Assembly: GCA_964612745.1 (NCBI GenBank)
Contig: CAZTCH010000002.1
Span: forward strand, 1,009-65,008
Source of the DNA: an uncultured Candidatus Saccharibacteria bacterium
Lineage (GTDB): Bacteria > Patescibacteriota > Doudnabacteria > UBA920
Reading direction: 5' to 3'
Length of the DNA stretch: 64,000 nucleotides
Shown: positions 1-9,685 of the stretch, in pieces
How the letters are laid out: each line of letters begins with the position of its first letter
How positions within the stretch are numbered: position 1 is the first letter of the stretch
Notes under the pieces: generated by a model
Told to the model about the DNA's origin: nothing
Seen by the model: only the letters and a program-made list of their open reading frames with translations
Database searches by the model: none
Program-made: the position numbers and the translations under genes

Positions 1-766
1 CGGTCACAAATCGTGCAATGCGCTTTGGCGCTGCCCAGACTGCGGCGAGCGCTACAAGCAAGTACGCCAAAATCCAAATTGCACCACCGAACAGTGCCGC
101 GCGTGCAACTTCCATTGCAGTACGTTCAGCGTGAATTGCTGTGTAGTCGATAGTGCTCACTTGTGCACCTTCCATGACTACTGGTTCTTTCTGTGCTTGA
201 ATGGAAATAGTACCCTTCGCCACTGCCTTCGCGCCAAAGGTAACCATGTCTGCACCCTTTACCACGACTGGTCCAGTTATGGTGTTGTTGATGCTAATAA
301 CACCACCACCAATCCACAACTTACCAGTCACTGGAGCGTCAATGGAAATAGTACCGCCAGCAATAATCAGATCGCCACCAATTTTAGCGCGTTCGCTAAT
401 GGAAATTTTTCCACCAGCCACAATGACGTCGCCCACTACCTCGCTGTTAATGGTCAGTGTACCACCAGCAGCACGGACATCGCCACCTACTTTATTGTTC
501 AAGACGACTGTACCACCAGCCACGACTACGTCTGACTCGACAGGACCGTCTATGGTAATGCTACCACCAGCGACGTAGGCGTCACCCGAAACAGTGCTGT
601 TTACGGTAACGTTACTCCCTGCAGTGTACAAATTTTTGTAAGTCGCAGTAGTACTTAACACAACATCGCCCGTGTCGTCGGATGGGGCAGCAAAATCTGC
701 TGCAAGCGCAGGAGTCGCCACCAAGGCAAACACACTGCACAAAAAGAGAAACGCGAATTTACGCAT
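1..766 (-). CDS. Secreted/membrane protein with polymer-forming (bactofilin-like beta-helix) repeats; runs off the left edge
   Basis: Manual translation from ATG at 766: MRKFAFLFLCSVFALVATPALAA signal peptide, repeated GD(V/L)xxAGGx(V/I)x(I/L) units, then hydrophobic helices; not in the ORF track. Confidence 0.75.
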   Translation of the reverse strand, partial: MRKFAFLFLCSVFALVATPALAADFAAPSDDTGDVVLSTTATYKNLYTAGSNVTVNSTVSGDAYVAGGSITIDGPVESDVVVAGGTVVLNNKVGGDVRAAGGTLTINSEVVGDVIVAGGKISISERAKIGGDLIIAGGTISIDAPVTGKLWIGGGVISINNTITGPVVVKGADMVTFGAKAVAKGTISIQAQKEPVVMEGAQVSTIDYTAIHAERTAMEVARAALFGGAIWILAYLLVALAAVWAAPKRIARFVT

Positions 767-844
767 AAAATTACTGAAGAGATTAATAAAAGCTATACTG
801 TAGTATAGCTTTTTTGGGCAAAAAATGGAAGAAACCAACTCTTG

Positions 845-1702
845 CTAAAACAAAGTCTGCCCCTGCTCCCCTGCACCAGTTTTAGCCTTTTTTACCTTTT
901 TTACAGGCACCTCGAGTACCGGTACAGACGCCGCAGGAGGGGTTACTTGTTTTACTTCCACCACTTGTGTACCCACCCGATAGTTACAGTACTCGCAGTC
1001 TGGCGAAAGCGCGGGAAGTTCTCCCAATAAGCATGCCTTCATGCGCTCCAGTTGGCCGTCCACCCAATCGCTCGACCCTGTGTACGCAATGAGCGCGACA
1101 TCAAACTCCAAGCGAGCGTGGAATGCTGGCAAATCTTTTTTGGCGTTTACGTACACAAAGTAGCCGGTGTTGGAAACAGAAAAACCATTTTGCCGGAGCA
1201 ACCACTGGTATATTTCCATTTGCCTGCGGTACTGGTCATGCCACTTGGTGTCTTCCAACTGCACAACTGGTGCATCTTTGCTGGTGGCTTTATAGTCCAC
1301 CACCAAGAGCTCTCCTGTAGGTGTCACCCACACGTCATCAACCGCACCAAATACCAGCAAGTTTGTGGGCGCATGCAATGTTTGCACCCCCACAAAATTT
1401 TCTCGCCACTGGTCTAACTGCTCATGGCGAAATGGTACAGCGTCTATACCATACTGCTCTTGCAACGGGTGCTTTGTGCCTACTGCGCGGTGCGCGTCAA
1501 ATTCTTTTTTTAGCAGCACGTCCACGGCAATGTTCAAAGTAAAACTCGCCATGCTCGGACGTTTGCAGCCAAACCGCGCTTCCATGTAATAGCAGCGCGG
1601 ACAATCCATGAAAAAATCTATTTTGCTTCTGGACACACGAAAAGGCTCTGGGGACTGTGGATCAAAGGTGCGTGGTTTGTAGGACTTGTAAAATGCTGCC
1701 AT
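845..1702 (-). CDS. PD-(D/E)XK nuclease family protein (AddB/Cas4-like, Cys ligands)
   Basis: SRSKID..CPRC, GAVDD..VVDYK, QMEIY and C-terminal CEYC motifs. Confidence 0.8.
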   Translation of the reverse strand: MAAFYKSYKPRTFDPQSPEPFRVSRSKIDFFMDCPRCYYMEARFGCKRPSMASFTLNIAVDVLLKKEFDAHRAVGTKHPLQEQYGIDAVPFRHEQLDQWRENFVGVQTLHAPTNLLVFGAVDDVWVTPTGELLVVDYKATSKDAPVVQLEDTKWHDQYRRQMEIYQWLLRQNGFSVSNTGYFVYVNAKKDLPAFHARLEFDVALIAYTGSSDWVDGQLERMKACLLGELPALSPDCEYCNYRVGTQVVEVKQVTPPAASVPVLEVPVKKVKKAKTGAGEQGQTLF

Positions 1703-1760
1703 AGGTAAAATCCGTTCTTATTCGCTGTATTATAGCACGCAGCAACAAACCAGAGCAGCG

Positions 1761-3215
1761 CTATGCAGCAGCCTCGTGTCTACCTCGGTGCTTAATCCTT
1801 CTGGGACTTACCACTCGTTTCCCACTCAAACTACGAATATCTTTCGGGTCAAAGATAGCCGCTGGGAGCACTTTCCCTGCCAGCACCTGCGCAATTTTCC
1901 ACCCACCGTACAAAGATGGCATGAGCCCCACGCCGTTACACCCTAAGTTGTACAACATGACTGGGTTTAAAGGCTCAGCACCAATAAGTCGTACACCGTT
2001 CGGTGTAAAACCCATTAAGCCATGCCACAAGAACTTATACTCCACACGGTCGTCTGTATCGCGTTTGTAGGTGTAGCGCAAAAATGTGTCTATTTGCTCC
2101 CGCGCTTCTGCAGGAAACGGGTGCTCGACGTTGTAGTTGTTCGTGTCGTCCATGAGCGCCTCTGGCCCACCAATGCAGATTAAGTTTTGCGCCCGCCCTT
2201 CGTGTACAAATGGGCGTCTGGTTAAGTAGAAGTATGGGTCTTCGGCATAAATATCCGCACCGTGATTACCCGTCGATTTTGGTAAGTAACTAATTTCTGC
2301 TGGTGGCTTCCCTTCTGCTTCCAAGTAACCAGCCATGTAGCCAACAATACCACGCACCAAGTAGTGGAATTTTTTACTGACACTTTCGCCAACGGCGTTC
2401 ACGAGTGTAATATTTTCAAAACCGTTGGTGCACAACACCACCCGTCCAGCTTCTACCACTTGTCCAGCGTGCAACAGCAACTCACCATGCGCACTGTGCA
2501 ACGTCAGCCGTGCCACTGGAGCTTGCTCTGCGAGTGTAAACCGCTCGGGGTAGGTAGCAAGTAAGTACAAAGCCAGCTCTTCGGTAAACAGCGCACTGTT
2601 CATGACCCCTTTTTGTTCAGGAAGTACTGCAAAATAATCTTCGTCTGCAGTTTCCAAAAGTTCCAAGAGCTCTGCTTTGGGCACCATTCGGTACAGTTCT
2701 TTGTAGAGTGCAGGAATTCTCGCACTGTGTACGTACGCGTCTGACACGAGCACTACCGGCGCCGAAAGTCCTGCTTTTTTTCTAAGTGCGTTATTGCGCA
2801 GATGCACCAGCAGTTCTTCTTCTGTGGCAATCGCTGCATATCCCGTAAACTTCCAGAGTGGTGTAGAAAGCTTTGCATCGGCCCGTATTTCTTCCAAAAG
2901 TTCCCAACTCGAATCAATTGCTCTTTGGGCATCTGCTGCCATTTCGAAACCAAACTCTTGGATAAGACTTTTAAAACTGCGTTCAAAGTAGGTCGCCAAA
3001 AATCCGCCATTGTGGCCCGTAGCACCGTGTGCCACTTTCCCCGCTTCTAACACCACCACAGTTTTCTGCGTATGTTTCAACGTAAAATACGCCGTTGCAA
3101 TCCCTGCAATCCCTGCTCCAACTATTGCCACGTCTACCTGCATATTTCCGGTAAGCAGGGCTTCTGGACGAGTTCGGTTTAATTGGTGTAACCAAGGAGA
3201 GTAATTTGTGTGCAT
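1761..3215 (-). CDS. FAD-dependent oxidoreductase (DAO family)
   Basis: DVAIVGAGIAG Rossmann motif, GATGHNGG, C-terminal GCNGVG; start chosen at MHTNYSPW. Confidence 0.8.
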   Translation of the reverse strand: MHTNYSPWLHQLNRTRPEALLTGNMQVDVAIVGAGIAGIATAYFTLKHTQKTVVVLEAGKVAHGATGHNGGFLATYFERSFKSLIQEFGFEMAADAQRAIDSSWELLEEIRADAKLSTPLWKFTGYAAIATEEELLVHLRNNALRKKAGLSAPVVLVSDAYVHSARIPALYKELYRMVPKAELLELLETADEDYFAVLPEQKGVMNSALFTEELALYLLATYPERFTLAEQAPVARLTLHSAHGELLLHAGQVVEAGRVVLCTNGFENITLVNAVGESVSKKFHYLVRGIVGYMAGYLEAEGKPPAEISYLPKSTGNHGADIYAEDPYFYLTRRPFVHEGRAQNLICIGGPEALMDDTNNYNVEHPFPAEAREQIDTFLRYTYKRDTDDRVEYKFLWHGLMGFTPNGVRLIGAEPLNPVMLYNLGCNGVGLMPSLYGGWKIAQVLAGKVLPAAIFDPKDIRSLSGKRVVSPRRIKHRGRHEAAA

Positions 3216-3572
3216 AAAAAAAAGAAACCGACACAAAAAATGCGCCGATAGTAACTAATGCGTAAACGCGACTCAAGCACGCATTCAAGGCACGGGTAGT
3301 ATAGCACGAGTAGCGGGATAGGTTATAGGAGGTTAGGAATTAGATTGAAACACAGTCGAAAAAGTATTTCTAAAAGCTAGCAGCTAGTTCCTAGTCCCTA
3401 TTTACACACCTCCAGTTTCCATGGTTAAATGGTTCTATACCTACAGTCGCTACCTCCCTACTTCGTCTCATAGTCACTCTGGCGTGAAGACCTTAAGACT
3501 TTATAACCTGACGACTCCCCTCGTTGCTCTTCTGGCTACAACCTACTCCCTACCACCTAACTCCTAATTCCT

Positions 3573-3953
3573 ATGTCCCTCACCACCACCCGCGACCACT
3601 TACTACATCTTCATAAAGCACTACTGGACTACCAGAAAACTGCGTACGAAGCCACTCACCCAGCAGTCCAGAACCCGAACCACTACTACCAACTGGTACT
3701 GGGTGATCCAGCATTTGCATGGCTCCGCACTTTATCTGCACTGGTAGTCAGCATAGACGAACTACTAGAAAAGCCAGCGGAACTGACTGATGCAAAAGAA
3801 GCAGAAATCGCTACCTACACCAGAAGACTCCTGACCATTTCTAACCAAACAGACGAGTTTAGCACCAACTACCAAGCAGCAATAGGCAATTCAGAAACAG
3901 TTGCAGCGCTCCACGCGCAAGTACTACAAGCTCTCGACACAAAAGCTGCTTAG
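3573..3953 (+). CDS. Hypothetical helical protein
   Basis: 126-aa ORF followed by a terminator hairpin. Confidence 0.65.
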   Translation: MSLTTTRDHLLHLHKALLDYQKTAYEATHPAVQNPNHYYQLVLGDPAFAWLRTLSALVVSIDELLEKPAELTDAKEAEIATYTRRLLTISNQTDEFSTNYQAAIGNSETVAALHAQVLQALDTKAA

Positions 3954-3963
3954 TCTATAACAT

Positions 3964-4000
3964 AAAAGGTCACCCCTGCGCTATGCAAAGGTGACCTTTT
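3964..4000. terminator. Probable bidirectional intrinsic terminator
   Basis: AAAAGGTCACC...GGTGACCTTTT inverted repeat between convergent genes. Confidence 0.7.
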
Positions 4001-4007
4001 GTATTGT

Positions 4008-5255
4008 GTCTAGAAGATGCCCATCAAGACAAACTACACCGTTTGAAATTTTATTGTATTTTTAGCCGAATAATTTTGTCATCCCCCGCCGTGATCTTAC
4101 CCCGCCCATCGGTGTTCGATGTAGTAATGTACAAAAAGCCATCTGGCCCAAGCACCACCGCACGCAGCCTGCCGTATGTATTTCGTAACTGTACAGAAAG
4201 GTCAACTGTAGCGTCTGCATTGATCTTGCCCACATACAGAGACTGGCCACGCAAACCGGTAAAATACAATTTTCCATTTGCATACGCCATGCCTGCAGGC
4301 GCCCAAGTTTCTTTGGTGCCAGAATTAACCACCGGCGATACCATACCTACTTTTGTTTCAACCCCTCGAATCACTGGCCAGCCATAGTTTTTGCCAGACT
4401 CAATGCGGTTAAGCTCATCACTTCCTGATTGCAGACCAGAAGGCCCATGCTCAGTCGCCCAAAGCCTGCCTTGGTCGTCCCACGCAAGCCCTTGCGGATT
4501 ACGATGCCCGTAGGAATACACTGTATTTCCAAACGGATTACTTTCTGGAATAGACCCATCATCTCGCACCCGTAAAATCTTTCCTGCAAGAGAGGTAACG
4601 TCTTGTGCTAACTCCGGTTTTTCTGCGTCACCTGTGGTTATATACAAATACCCATCTGGCCCAAACGCAATCCTACCACCATCGTGATTGCTGCTCCCAG
4701 GGATATTCTCTAAAATACTTTTCCTGTCTCGTAATGTGTTGTTTTCTAAACGGTAGCTTTCCACTCTATTGGTCAGCGCACCACCAACACGCGTCGTTGC
4801 GTATACATAGACACGTTGATTATTTTGAAAATCTGGGTGCAACGCCATGCCGAGCAAGCCGCCCTCCCCCACTGCAACAACACCCGCAACAGGTATGGTT
4901 GCTTTCGTTGGAGTAATGCGCACCACACTCCCCGCGCGCTCTGTTACCAACATGCTGCCATCTGGTAAGAAAACCAGCTCCCATGGCGCACGTAAATCTT
5001 TTGCCACCACCTCTTCCACGGGCCCTGCTTGAGTGCTCGCTGGATTTACCGGAGCAATAGTCGGAAGCGTGCTTGCCGTGGGTGCAAATACAAGTGGCAA
5101 AATAGCGCCTCTATTGAACCATACCACACCCACAACAACCAAAACTAGTACCACGCTACCCAGCGCAATTTTTGTATACGTTTTCATAGAAACTACAGCT
5201 ACCGTTAACTTGTACAATGCAAAACTAACTTTATCTAGAAGATGCCCATCGAGAC
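4008..5255. repeat. Pair of 23-bp direct repeats (variant B site) at 4008-4030 and 5233-5255 bracketing one gene
   Basis: GTCTAGAAGATGCCCATCAAGAC and ATCTAGAAGATGCCCATCGAGAC. Confidence 0.85.
4051..5187 (-). CDS. PQQ-dependent glucose/sorbosone dehydrogenase family protein, N-terminal membrane anchor
   Basis: GEGGLLGMALHPDF, HDGGRIAFGPDGYLY, GHRNPQGLAW motifs. Confidence 0.9.
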   Translation of the reverse strand: MKTYTKIALGSVVLVLVVVGVVWFNRGAILPLVFAPTASTLPTIAPVNPASTQAGPVEEVVAKDLRAPWELVFLPDGSMLVTERAGSVVRITPTKATIPVAGVVAVGEGGLLGMALHPDFQNNQRVYVYATTRVGGALTNRVESYRLENNTLRDRKSILENIPGSSNHDGGRIAFGPDGYLYITTGDAEKPELAQDVTSLAGKILRVRDDGSIPESNPFGNTVYSYGHRNPQGLAWDDQGRLWATEHGPSGLQSGSDELNRIESGKNYGWPVIRGVETKVGMVSPVVNSGTKETWAPAGMAYANGKLYFTGLRGQSLYVGKINADATVDLSVQLRNTYGRLRAVVLGPDGFLYITTSNTDGRGKITAGDDKIIRLKIQ

Positions 5256-5265
5256 GTTTAATTGA

Positions 5266-5490
5266 TTACCAACCACGAATGGTGCCCACATAGAGAGCTT
5301 CTACCTGTTCCCGCGCCCACGGGGTCCGTCGCAAAAATTTTAAGCTCGATGCAACGCTTGGATTAACCACAAAGCAATTTATTTTAATACGCTCTCCTAA
5401 ATTAGCCCACCCATACTCCGCCACTAAAAACTCCAAAATAGCTTGGAGCGTTTTTCCATGTAGCGGGTCGTTTGTGTGGCTATTTTCCAT
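5266..5490 (-). CDS. VF530/DUF2132 family small DNA-binding protein
   Basis: PLHGKTL..YGW..INCF..NPS..SSLKFLRRTPWAR signature. Confidence 0.85.
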   Translation of the reverse strand: MENSHTNDPLHGKTLQAILEFLVAEYGWANLGERIKINCFVVNPSVASSLKFLRRTPWAREQVEALYVGTIRGW

Positions 5491-5519
5491 CTCAGTATTT
5501 CAGCAGTCGCAATACATGT

Positions 5520-5753
5520 TTACTTTTTCCAACGAGGAGCAAAACGGATCATGAAAGTAGCAAAGCGAGCAAACAATTTGTTTGACCCGTGTGCAACCAT
5601 GCTGTCGTACACCACTTTTTGGAATTCTTTTATGTCTGTACCTTCGTAGCACAGCTTGCCGTCTTTATAGCACAAGCTGCAGTACTTGTCGGATTCACGT
5701 TTGCCCGTATCTTTTGCAAAGGGCATCATGCAACTTTCGCAATATTGGTTCAT
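5520..5753 (-). CDS. Zinc-ribbon domain protein
   Basis: CESCMMP...YCSLCYKDG, C-terminal PRWK. Confidence 0.8.
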   Translation of the reverse strand: MNQYCESCMMPFAKDTGKRESDKYCSLCYKDGKLCYEGTDIKEFQKVVYDSMVAHGSNKLFARFATFMIRFAPRWKK

Positions 5754-5899
5754 ATGGTTTTAAATAGAAGAATTAGAAGAAATAGTAGAAGTAGAAGAAT
5801 TAGCCTCCCATACGGGAAAATAAGTAATTTTCAATTTTTGTCTGGCGTGAAGACGTTAAGACATGAAGACCTGACGACTCTTCTCCTTCTTACTAACGC

Positions 5900-6340
5900 C
5901 TATGCTTGCCTTTTCTCCGCAAGGCCTTCTGCGTACAACTTAAACGACTGCAAAATACTTTGCCACCCTTGTTGCTGCATGACTACAGTGTTTTCTGTTT
6001 CTGGGTCAAAGTGTTCGGTTATGCGCACACCCCCAGGCTCTTGCGCAAACAATACGCTCACTTTTCTTCCATCGTCCATGGTGTAAGCCAACTCCTTTTT
6101 TGGAACAATGTGGGTGTATGTTCCCCCAAAATCAAAACCCGCACTCCCATCTTTGGCTTCCATGCGAGCAGTCAGCTTACCACCCACTTCCAAGTTGTTT
6201 GTAGCAGTGGTAGTGTGCCAATCACTCGAGGCAGCGTTCCATTGCACAATGTGCTCTGGAGTAATCCACGCTTCCCACACTGTCTCTAGTGGAGCCACGA
6301 CACTTACTTCTACCGTCACTTGTTCATTTGTATCTGTCAT
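5900..6340 (-). CDS. SRPBCC/AHSA1 family protein
   Basis: VWEAWITPEHIVQWN, MEAKDGSAGFDF, QQQGWQSIL. Confidence 0.85.
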   Translation of the reverse strand: MTDTNEQVTVEVSVVAPLETVWEAWITPEHIVQWNAASSDWHTTTATNNLEVGGKLTARMEAKDGSAGFDFGGTYTHIVPKKELAYTMDDGRKVSVLFAQEPGGVRITEHFDPETENTVVMQQQGWQSILQSFKLYAEGLAEKRQA

Positions 6341-6375
6341 ATGTATATAGCAACGCTAAACCAAACTAATTTAAA

Positions 6376-6801
6376 TTACAAAGACAAGAAAAATGCGGTC
6401 AACATGAGCGCTACCAATTGGTAGGAAAGCATAACAAATATCTGCTTTGCCCAAAACTTCTTCTTGGTGTTTGCCCACATAACAGCAGAAATTTGTGTTG
6501 GTGCAAAGAAGCCCAACCAAAGCCAGCCAGCAACGCCGTAGGCATGAAAGCTAGGTTCGCCAGCACGCATGTAATGGATAACCATTGCCAAAACAAATGT
6601 AGACACAATGGTTAAGACTAACTGCAAGCCGTAGAACGGTGCCATTTCTTTTTGCATCTGCTCTAATTCTGCTTTGGTGGCGTTTGTCTTTTCCATTATT
6701 TGCATCCACCATTTCCCAAACATGAGCGGCGAATACCATAACGCACCAAGCACAAATTGCACGAGCACTGCCACTGCAAACCACATCGCATTTATTTCCA
6801 T
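6376..6801 (-). CDS. DUF1761 family membrane protein
   Basis: LGALWYSPLMFGKWW motif, four hydrophobic helices. Confidence 0.8.
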   Translation of the reverse strand: MEINAMWFAVAVLVQFVLGALWYSPLMFGKWWMQIMEKTNATKAELEQMQKEMAPFYGLQLVLTIVSTFVLAMVIHYMRAGEPSFHAYGVAGWLWLGFFAPTQISAVMWANTKKKFWAKQIFVMLSYQLVALMLTAFFLSL

Positions 6802-6845
6802 ACAATACCTTTTTTAATTCCTACTTATACTATAGCAAACCAAAA

Positions 6846-7151
6846 CTACTCTTTGTCATTCCACGGAAAGCCCCACTGCCACTTTGGCTTTTCCCCTTTT
6901 TTGTAACAAATGCGTAAGAGCGTCACCGTAAGTAACACTGCCGGAAGCACGAACAGAAACATGACTTCGCGCCCCGAAGAGCGTTCATCTATCGTGAGCG
7001 CGCACAGCACCAGCGCCGCAACATATACCCCCACCGTAAGCCAACCCTGCCACGTCACAGGGGTCCACCCCCACCCAAACCCTTTGCGTTTGAACCACAA
7101 ATGGTTTGGATTGTTTCGGACATAGTCCATATACTGCCTAAATAGTTTCAT
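6846..7151 (-). CDS. Small membrane protein
   Basis: WFKRKGFGWGWTPVTWQGW followed by two TM helices; start uncertain. Confidence 0.7.
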   Translation of the reverse strand: MKLFRQYMDYVRNNPNHLWFKRKGFGWGWTPVTWQGWLTVGVYVAALVLCALTIDERSSGREVMFLFVLPAVLLTVTLLRICYKKGEKPKWQWGFPWNDKE

Positions 7152-7292
7152 ATGTTTTACTGCCAAGTGTGTTGGCAAGATTATATATATAGTATATTCC
7201 CCCACGTACCGACCGTCTAGATGACTACGCCCATATCCCAAATGGTAAAAGTACTATATGCTTACCAGTAGTAACTAACAAAGCATAACAAA

Positions 7293-7517
7293 ATGAAAGA
7301 AATGACTTGCGCCGCCATGGGTGGCCCTGCAGAATGCACAACCATAATCTCGGGTGAAACCGCCGAAGAAATGGCAGCCAACGGCACCGCTCATGTAATG
7401 GCCTCCCACCCTGACATAGCAGCTCAAATGGGCTCCATGTCCGAAGAAGAAAAAGCCGAGTGGACAACCAAACACAACGAAGCTTTTGCAGCACTTCCAG
7501 AAGTAGCAGCAGAATAA
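7293..7517 (+). CDS. DUF1059-like small protein
   Basis: MKEMTC..GG..C...ISGET.EE......H...H pattern; terminator follows. Confidence 0.7.
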   Translation: MKEMTCAAMGGPAECTTIISGETAEEMAANGTAHVMASHPDIAAQMGSMSEEEKAEWTTKHNEAFAALPEVAAE

Positions 7518-7522
7518 CCCCA

Positions 7523-7550
7523 CCCCGACGCCTGTCGGGGTTTTTTATTT
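7523..7550 (+). terminator. Intrinsic terminator
   Basis: CCCCGAC-GCCT-GTCGGGG followed by a T run. Confidence 0.75.
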
Positions 7551-7660
7551 AAAATAAAAAAATGACGCCGGTTCTTGTGTAAACACAAGTCGTGCGCCAA
7601 GCTGGCAATCCCAGCCGTATCAATACCCTTCCTCAAATTTAGTCGCGACTTACTCTGAGT

Positions 7661-8098
7661 CTAAAAAGTTTGTGCTGTGCGGATAAATCCATACGACTGG
7701 GCACCAAAGGCATGCCCACGCATGATATCTCTTAAACCTCGGTATTCCTCCGGATAACCAAGGTTAAAAGAAAATCTATTCGCCCACCAATAGTAACGAA
7801 ACCCTTCCACTTCAAGAAACTCCTGCCATCTCTCGGGGACAAACTCCACCAGCTTACAGTTATACCCCCTGCCGGCTGATGTGAGACATACGCGCATCGG
7901 CCTCTTGTCTATTCTTACTACTTTTACCCAAGGAGCGGTTAGATGCATGCCCGCTCGCACGTCTACGCTCGTCTCGCCAGTCAGATAATTCCTCTGTATA
8001 GCAAGATGGTACGCTTCTGTGTAATGAAAGCAGAAAAGATAACAACAAACCGATAGAGTCAATATGCCGTCGGCGATAGCGACTTTACTGATAGTCAC
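7661..8098 (-). CDS. Hypothetical membrane-anchored protein (SPFH N-terminus-like), paralog of the neighbour
   Basis: Shares IDxRPMxVC...NCKLVEFxP with 8095-8727; 4-bp overlap. Confidence 0.7.
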   Translation of the reverse strand: MTISKVAIADGILTLSVCCYLFCFHYTEAYHLAIQRNYLTGETSVDVRAGMHLTAPWVKVVRIDKRPMRVCLTSAGRGYNCKLVEFVPERWQEFLEVEGFRYYWWANRFSFNLGYPEEYRGLRDIMRGHAFGAQSYGFIRTAQTF

Positions 8099-8727
8099 TT
8101 TACCTCCGTTGTTGGCACAGCACTAGGAGTAGGGACCACTCCTACCCCACTAGCCTCGTCCGGTTTAAGCTCGCGTTTAATCGTGAGGAACGGATAGGAC
8201 TTTCCGCTGCCGTCATACGCATAGCTTTTCAGAATGTCCGGCAGCCGGCTTTCGTCGCCGCTATAATCGTCGCGACCATGCCATGCCAGAAATTGCTCAA
8301 GACCAGCAGGGTTAAACTCGACAAGCTTGCAGTTAAGCACGCGAGAGTTTGCGTTATTGCAAACCTGCATCGGACGCAAATCAATCTTGTGTACTTTGAC
8401 CAGAAAGGGTGGTGTAATAACATACCCCGTCCTGCCAATGCGTTCAATTTTGCCCGACCTAGCATCGTATTTGTACGCCAACTCATAGTTGTCAACAAAA
8501 TCAACGCAAAGAGCGTAAAACGCGCCAACGCCGATAAGCAAGGTAACAAACAGAACCGCAACAAGTATCAGAGCCTTAACCCAAAGGCTAAACTCTGTGA
8601 ACCAGCTTGTTATGTGTTCAGCGACTTCCTCAACGGATCCTTGTTCCATGACTTCCTCCTGGATTGATTGTAAAAGTGGTAAACTACGTATTTTTTGCAA
8701 CAACGCCTGTTGCAAACTCGAAACCAA
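8095..8727 (-). CDS. Hypothetical membrane-anchored protein (SPFH N-terminus-like)
   Basis: TM helix, then GYVITPPFLVKVHKIDLRPMQVC; start uncertain. Confidence 0.7.
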   Translation of the reverse strand: MVSSLQQALLQKIRSLPLLQSIQEEVMEQGSVEEVAEHITSWFTEFSLWVKALILVAVLFVTLLIGVGAFYALCVDFVDNYELAYKYDARSGKIERIGRTGYVITPPFLVKVHKIDLRPMQVCNNANSRVLNCKLVEFNPAGLEQFLAWHGRDDYSGDESRLPDILKSYAYDGSGKSYPFLTIKRELKPDEASGVGVVPTPSAVPTTEVK

Positions 8728-9014
8728 TCAACTGCGTGCTAACACCAAAAATGGTATAGTGCGCATGTGAAAAGCCTTGAAGAATGCATTATACAATAAA
8801 ATTGTACTATTGTCCATAGTAAACTTAGGTAATAATGACCATTTTTTGCAATAAAATATAGGTAGAGTAAGGGACATTAAAAGCCAACACTTTTCACGGC
8901 CGTGAAAAGTGTTGGCTTTTAAATTATTACGAAGGTGACCATGGTAACTACAATATCGCTACAAGACAACCCCTAAGGCTCACCGTATGAAGATTTTGAC
9001 CACGTACAAAGCAA

Positions 9015-9512
9015 TTACGCCTGCGCTGGTTTATTCAATTCTTGTTCAGCTTTTTCTGCAAGGTCTAAAAAGTCCCCCACGTCTGCCACACTCATTTCTC
9101 GGGGAACGTAATCTTTTATACAAAAGACCCCTACAGGCATATTACTCGCGCGGTCATACAAAGATTTACCTGCGTAAAATCGTATATGCGGCTCCCCTAC
9201 CACCATTGGATTGTCTGCAAAACACGGGTCGGCCAGTGTGTCGTTAATAATTAAAATAACTTGCGACAACAACGCATGTCCACAAAAAGAAATATCCCGC
9301 GGTCCCCCAGTGGACTGCAGCCCCTGCACGGACTTAAACCACTCTCGGGCTTTATCCACAAGTGCAATAGTAGAGATTGGCACACCGAATCTTTTGACTG
9401 CTTCTCTCGTAAGACAGTCGAACCTTTCTTCTGCTGCAGTGTCTAACAAATGTAAACCCTGCACTGCACAAACGCGCTCTACATCGTTCTCTGGAATTGG
9501 TGCTTTTTGCAT
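9015..9512 (-). CDS. Stand-alone GAF domain protein
   Basis: LLDTAAEERFD, SFCGHAL, FADNPMVVGEPHIRFYAG, VGVFCIKD. Confidence 0.9.
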   Translation of the reverse strand: MQKAPIPENDVERVCAVQGLHLLDTAAEERFDCLTREAVKRFGVPISTIALVDKAREWFKSVQGLQSTGGPRDISFCGHALLSQVILIINDTLADPCFADNPMVVGEPHIRFYAGKSLYDRASNMPVGVFCIKDYVPREMSVADVGDFLDLAEKAEQELNKPAQA

Positions 9513-9600
9513 ATGTAACAAAAATGAATGAATTATATAAACATAAAAAAGTACCGCACAATCGTACGTGTACTTTTAAACCATTTTATATGTATAAATA

Positions 9601-9660
9601 AAAATGCCCATAGAAATTCTAGGCCTGCTTCACCAGGTCAGAGCTTCTACGAGCTTCGTT
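9601..9660 (-). promoter_or_regulatory. Putative terminator/attenuator hairpin with a GAAGCTC direct repeat in its 5' arm
   Basis: On the minus strand GCTCGTAGAA pairs with TTCTATGGGC, inner CCTG/CAGG stem, U-rich tail. Confidence 0.5.
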
Positions 9661-9685
9661 ACTTACAGTATAGCAAATAAAAATG

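Noticed and set aside
845-1702. Cas4-like nuclease as the array's enzyme
   Set aside because: Stand-alone PD-(D/E)XK proteins are common; only loose proximity links it to the sites
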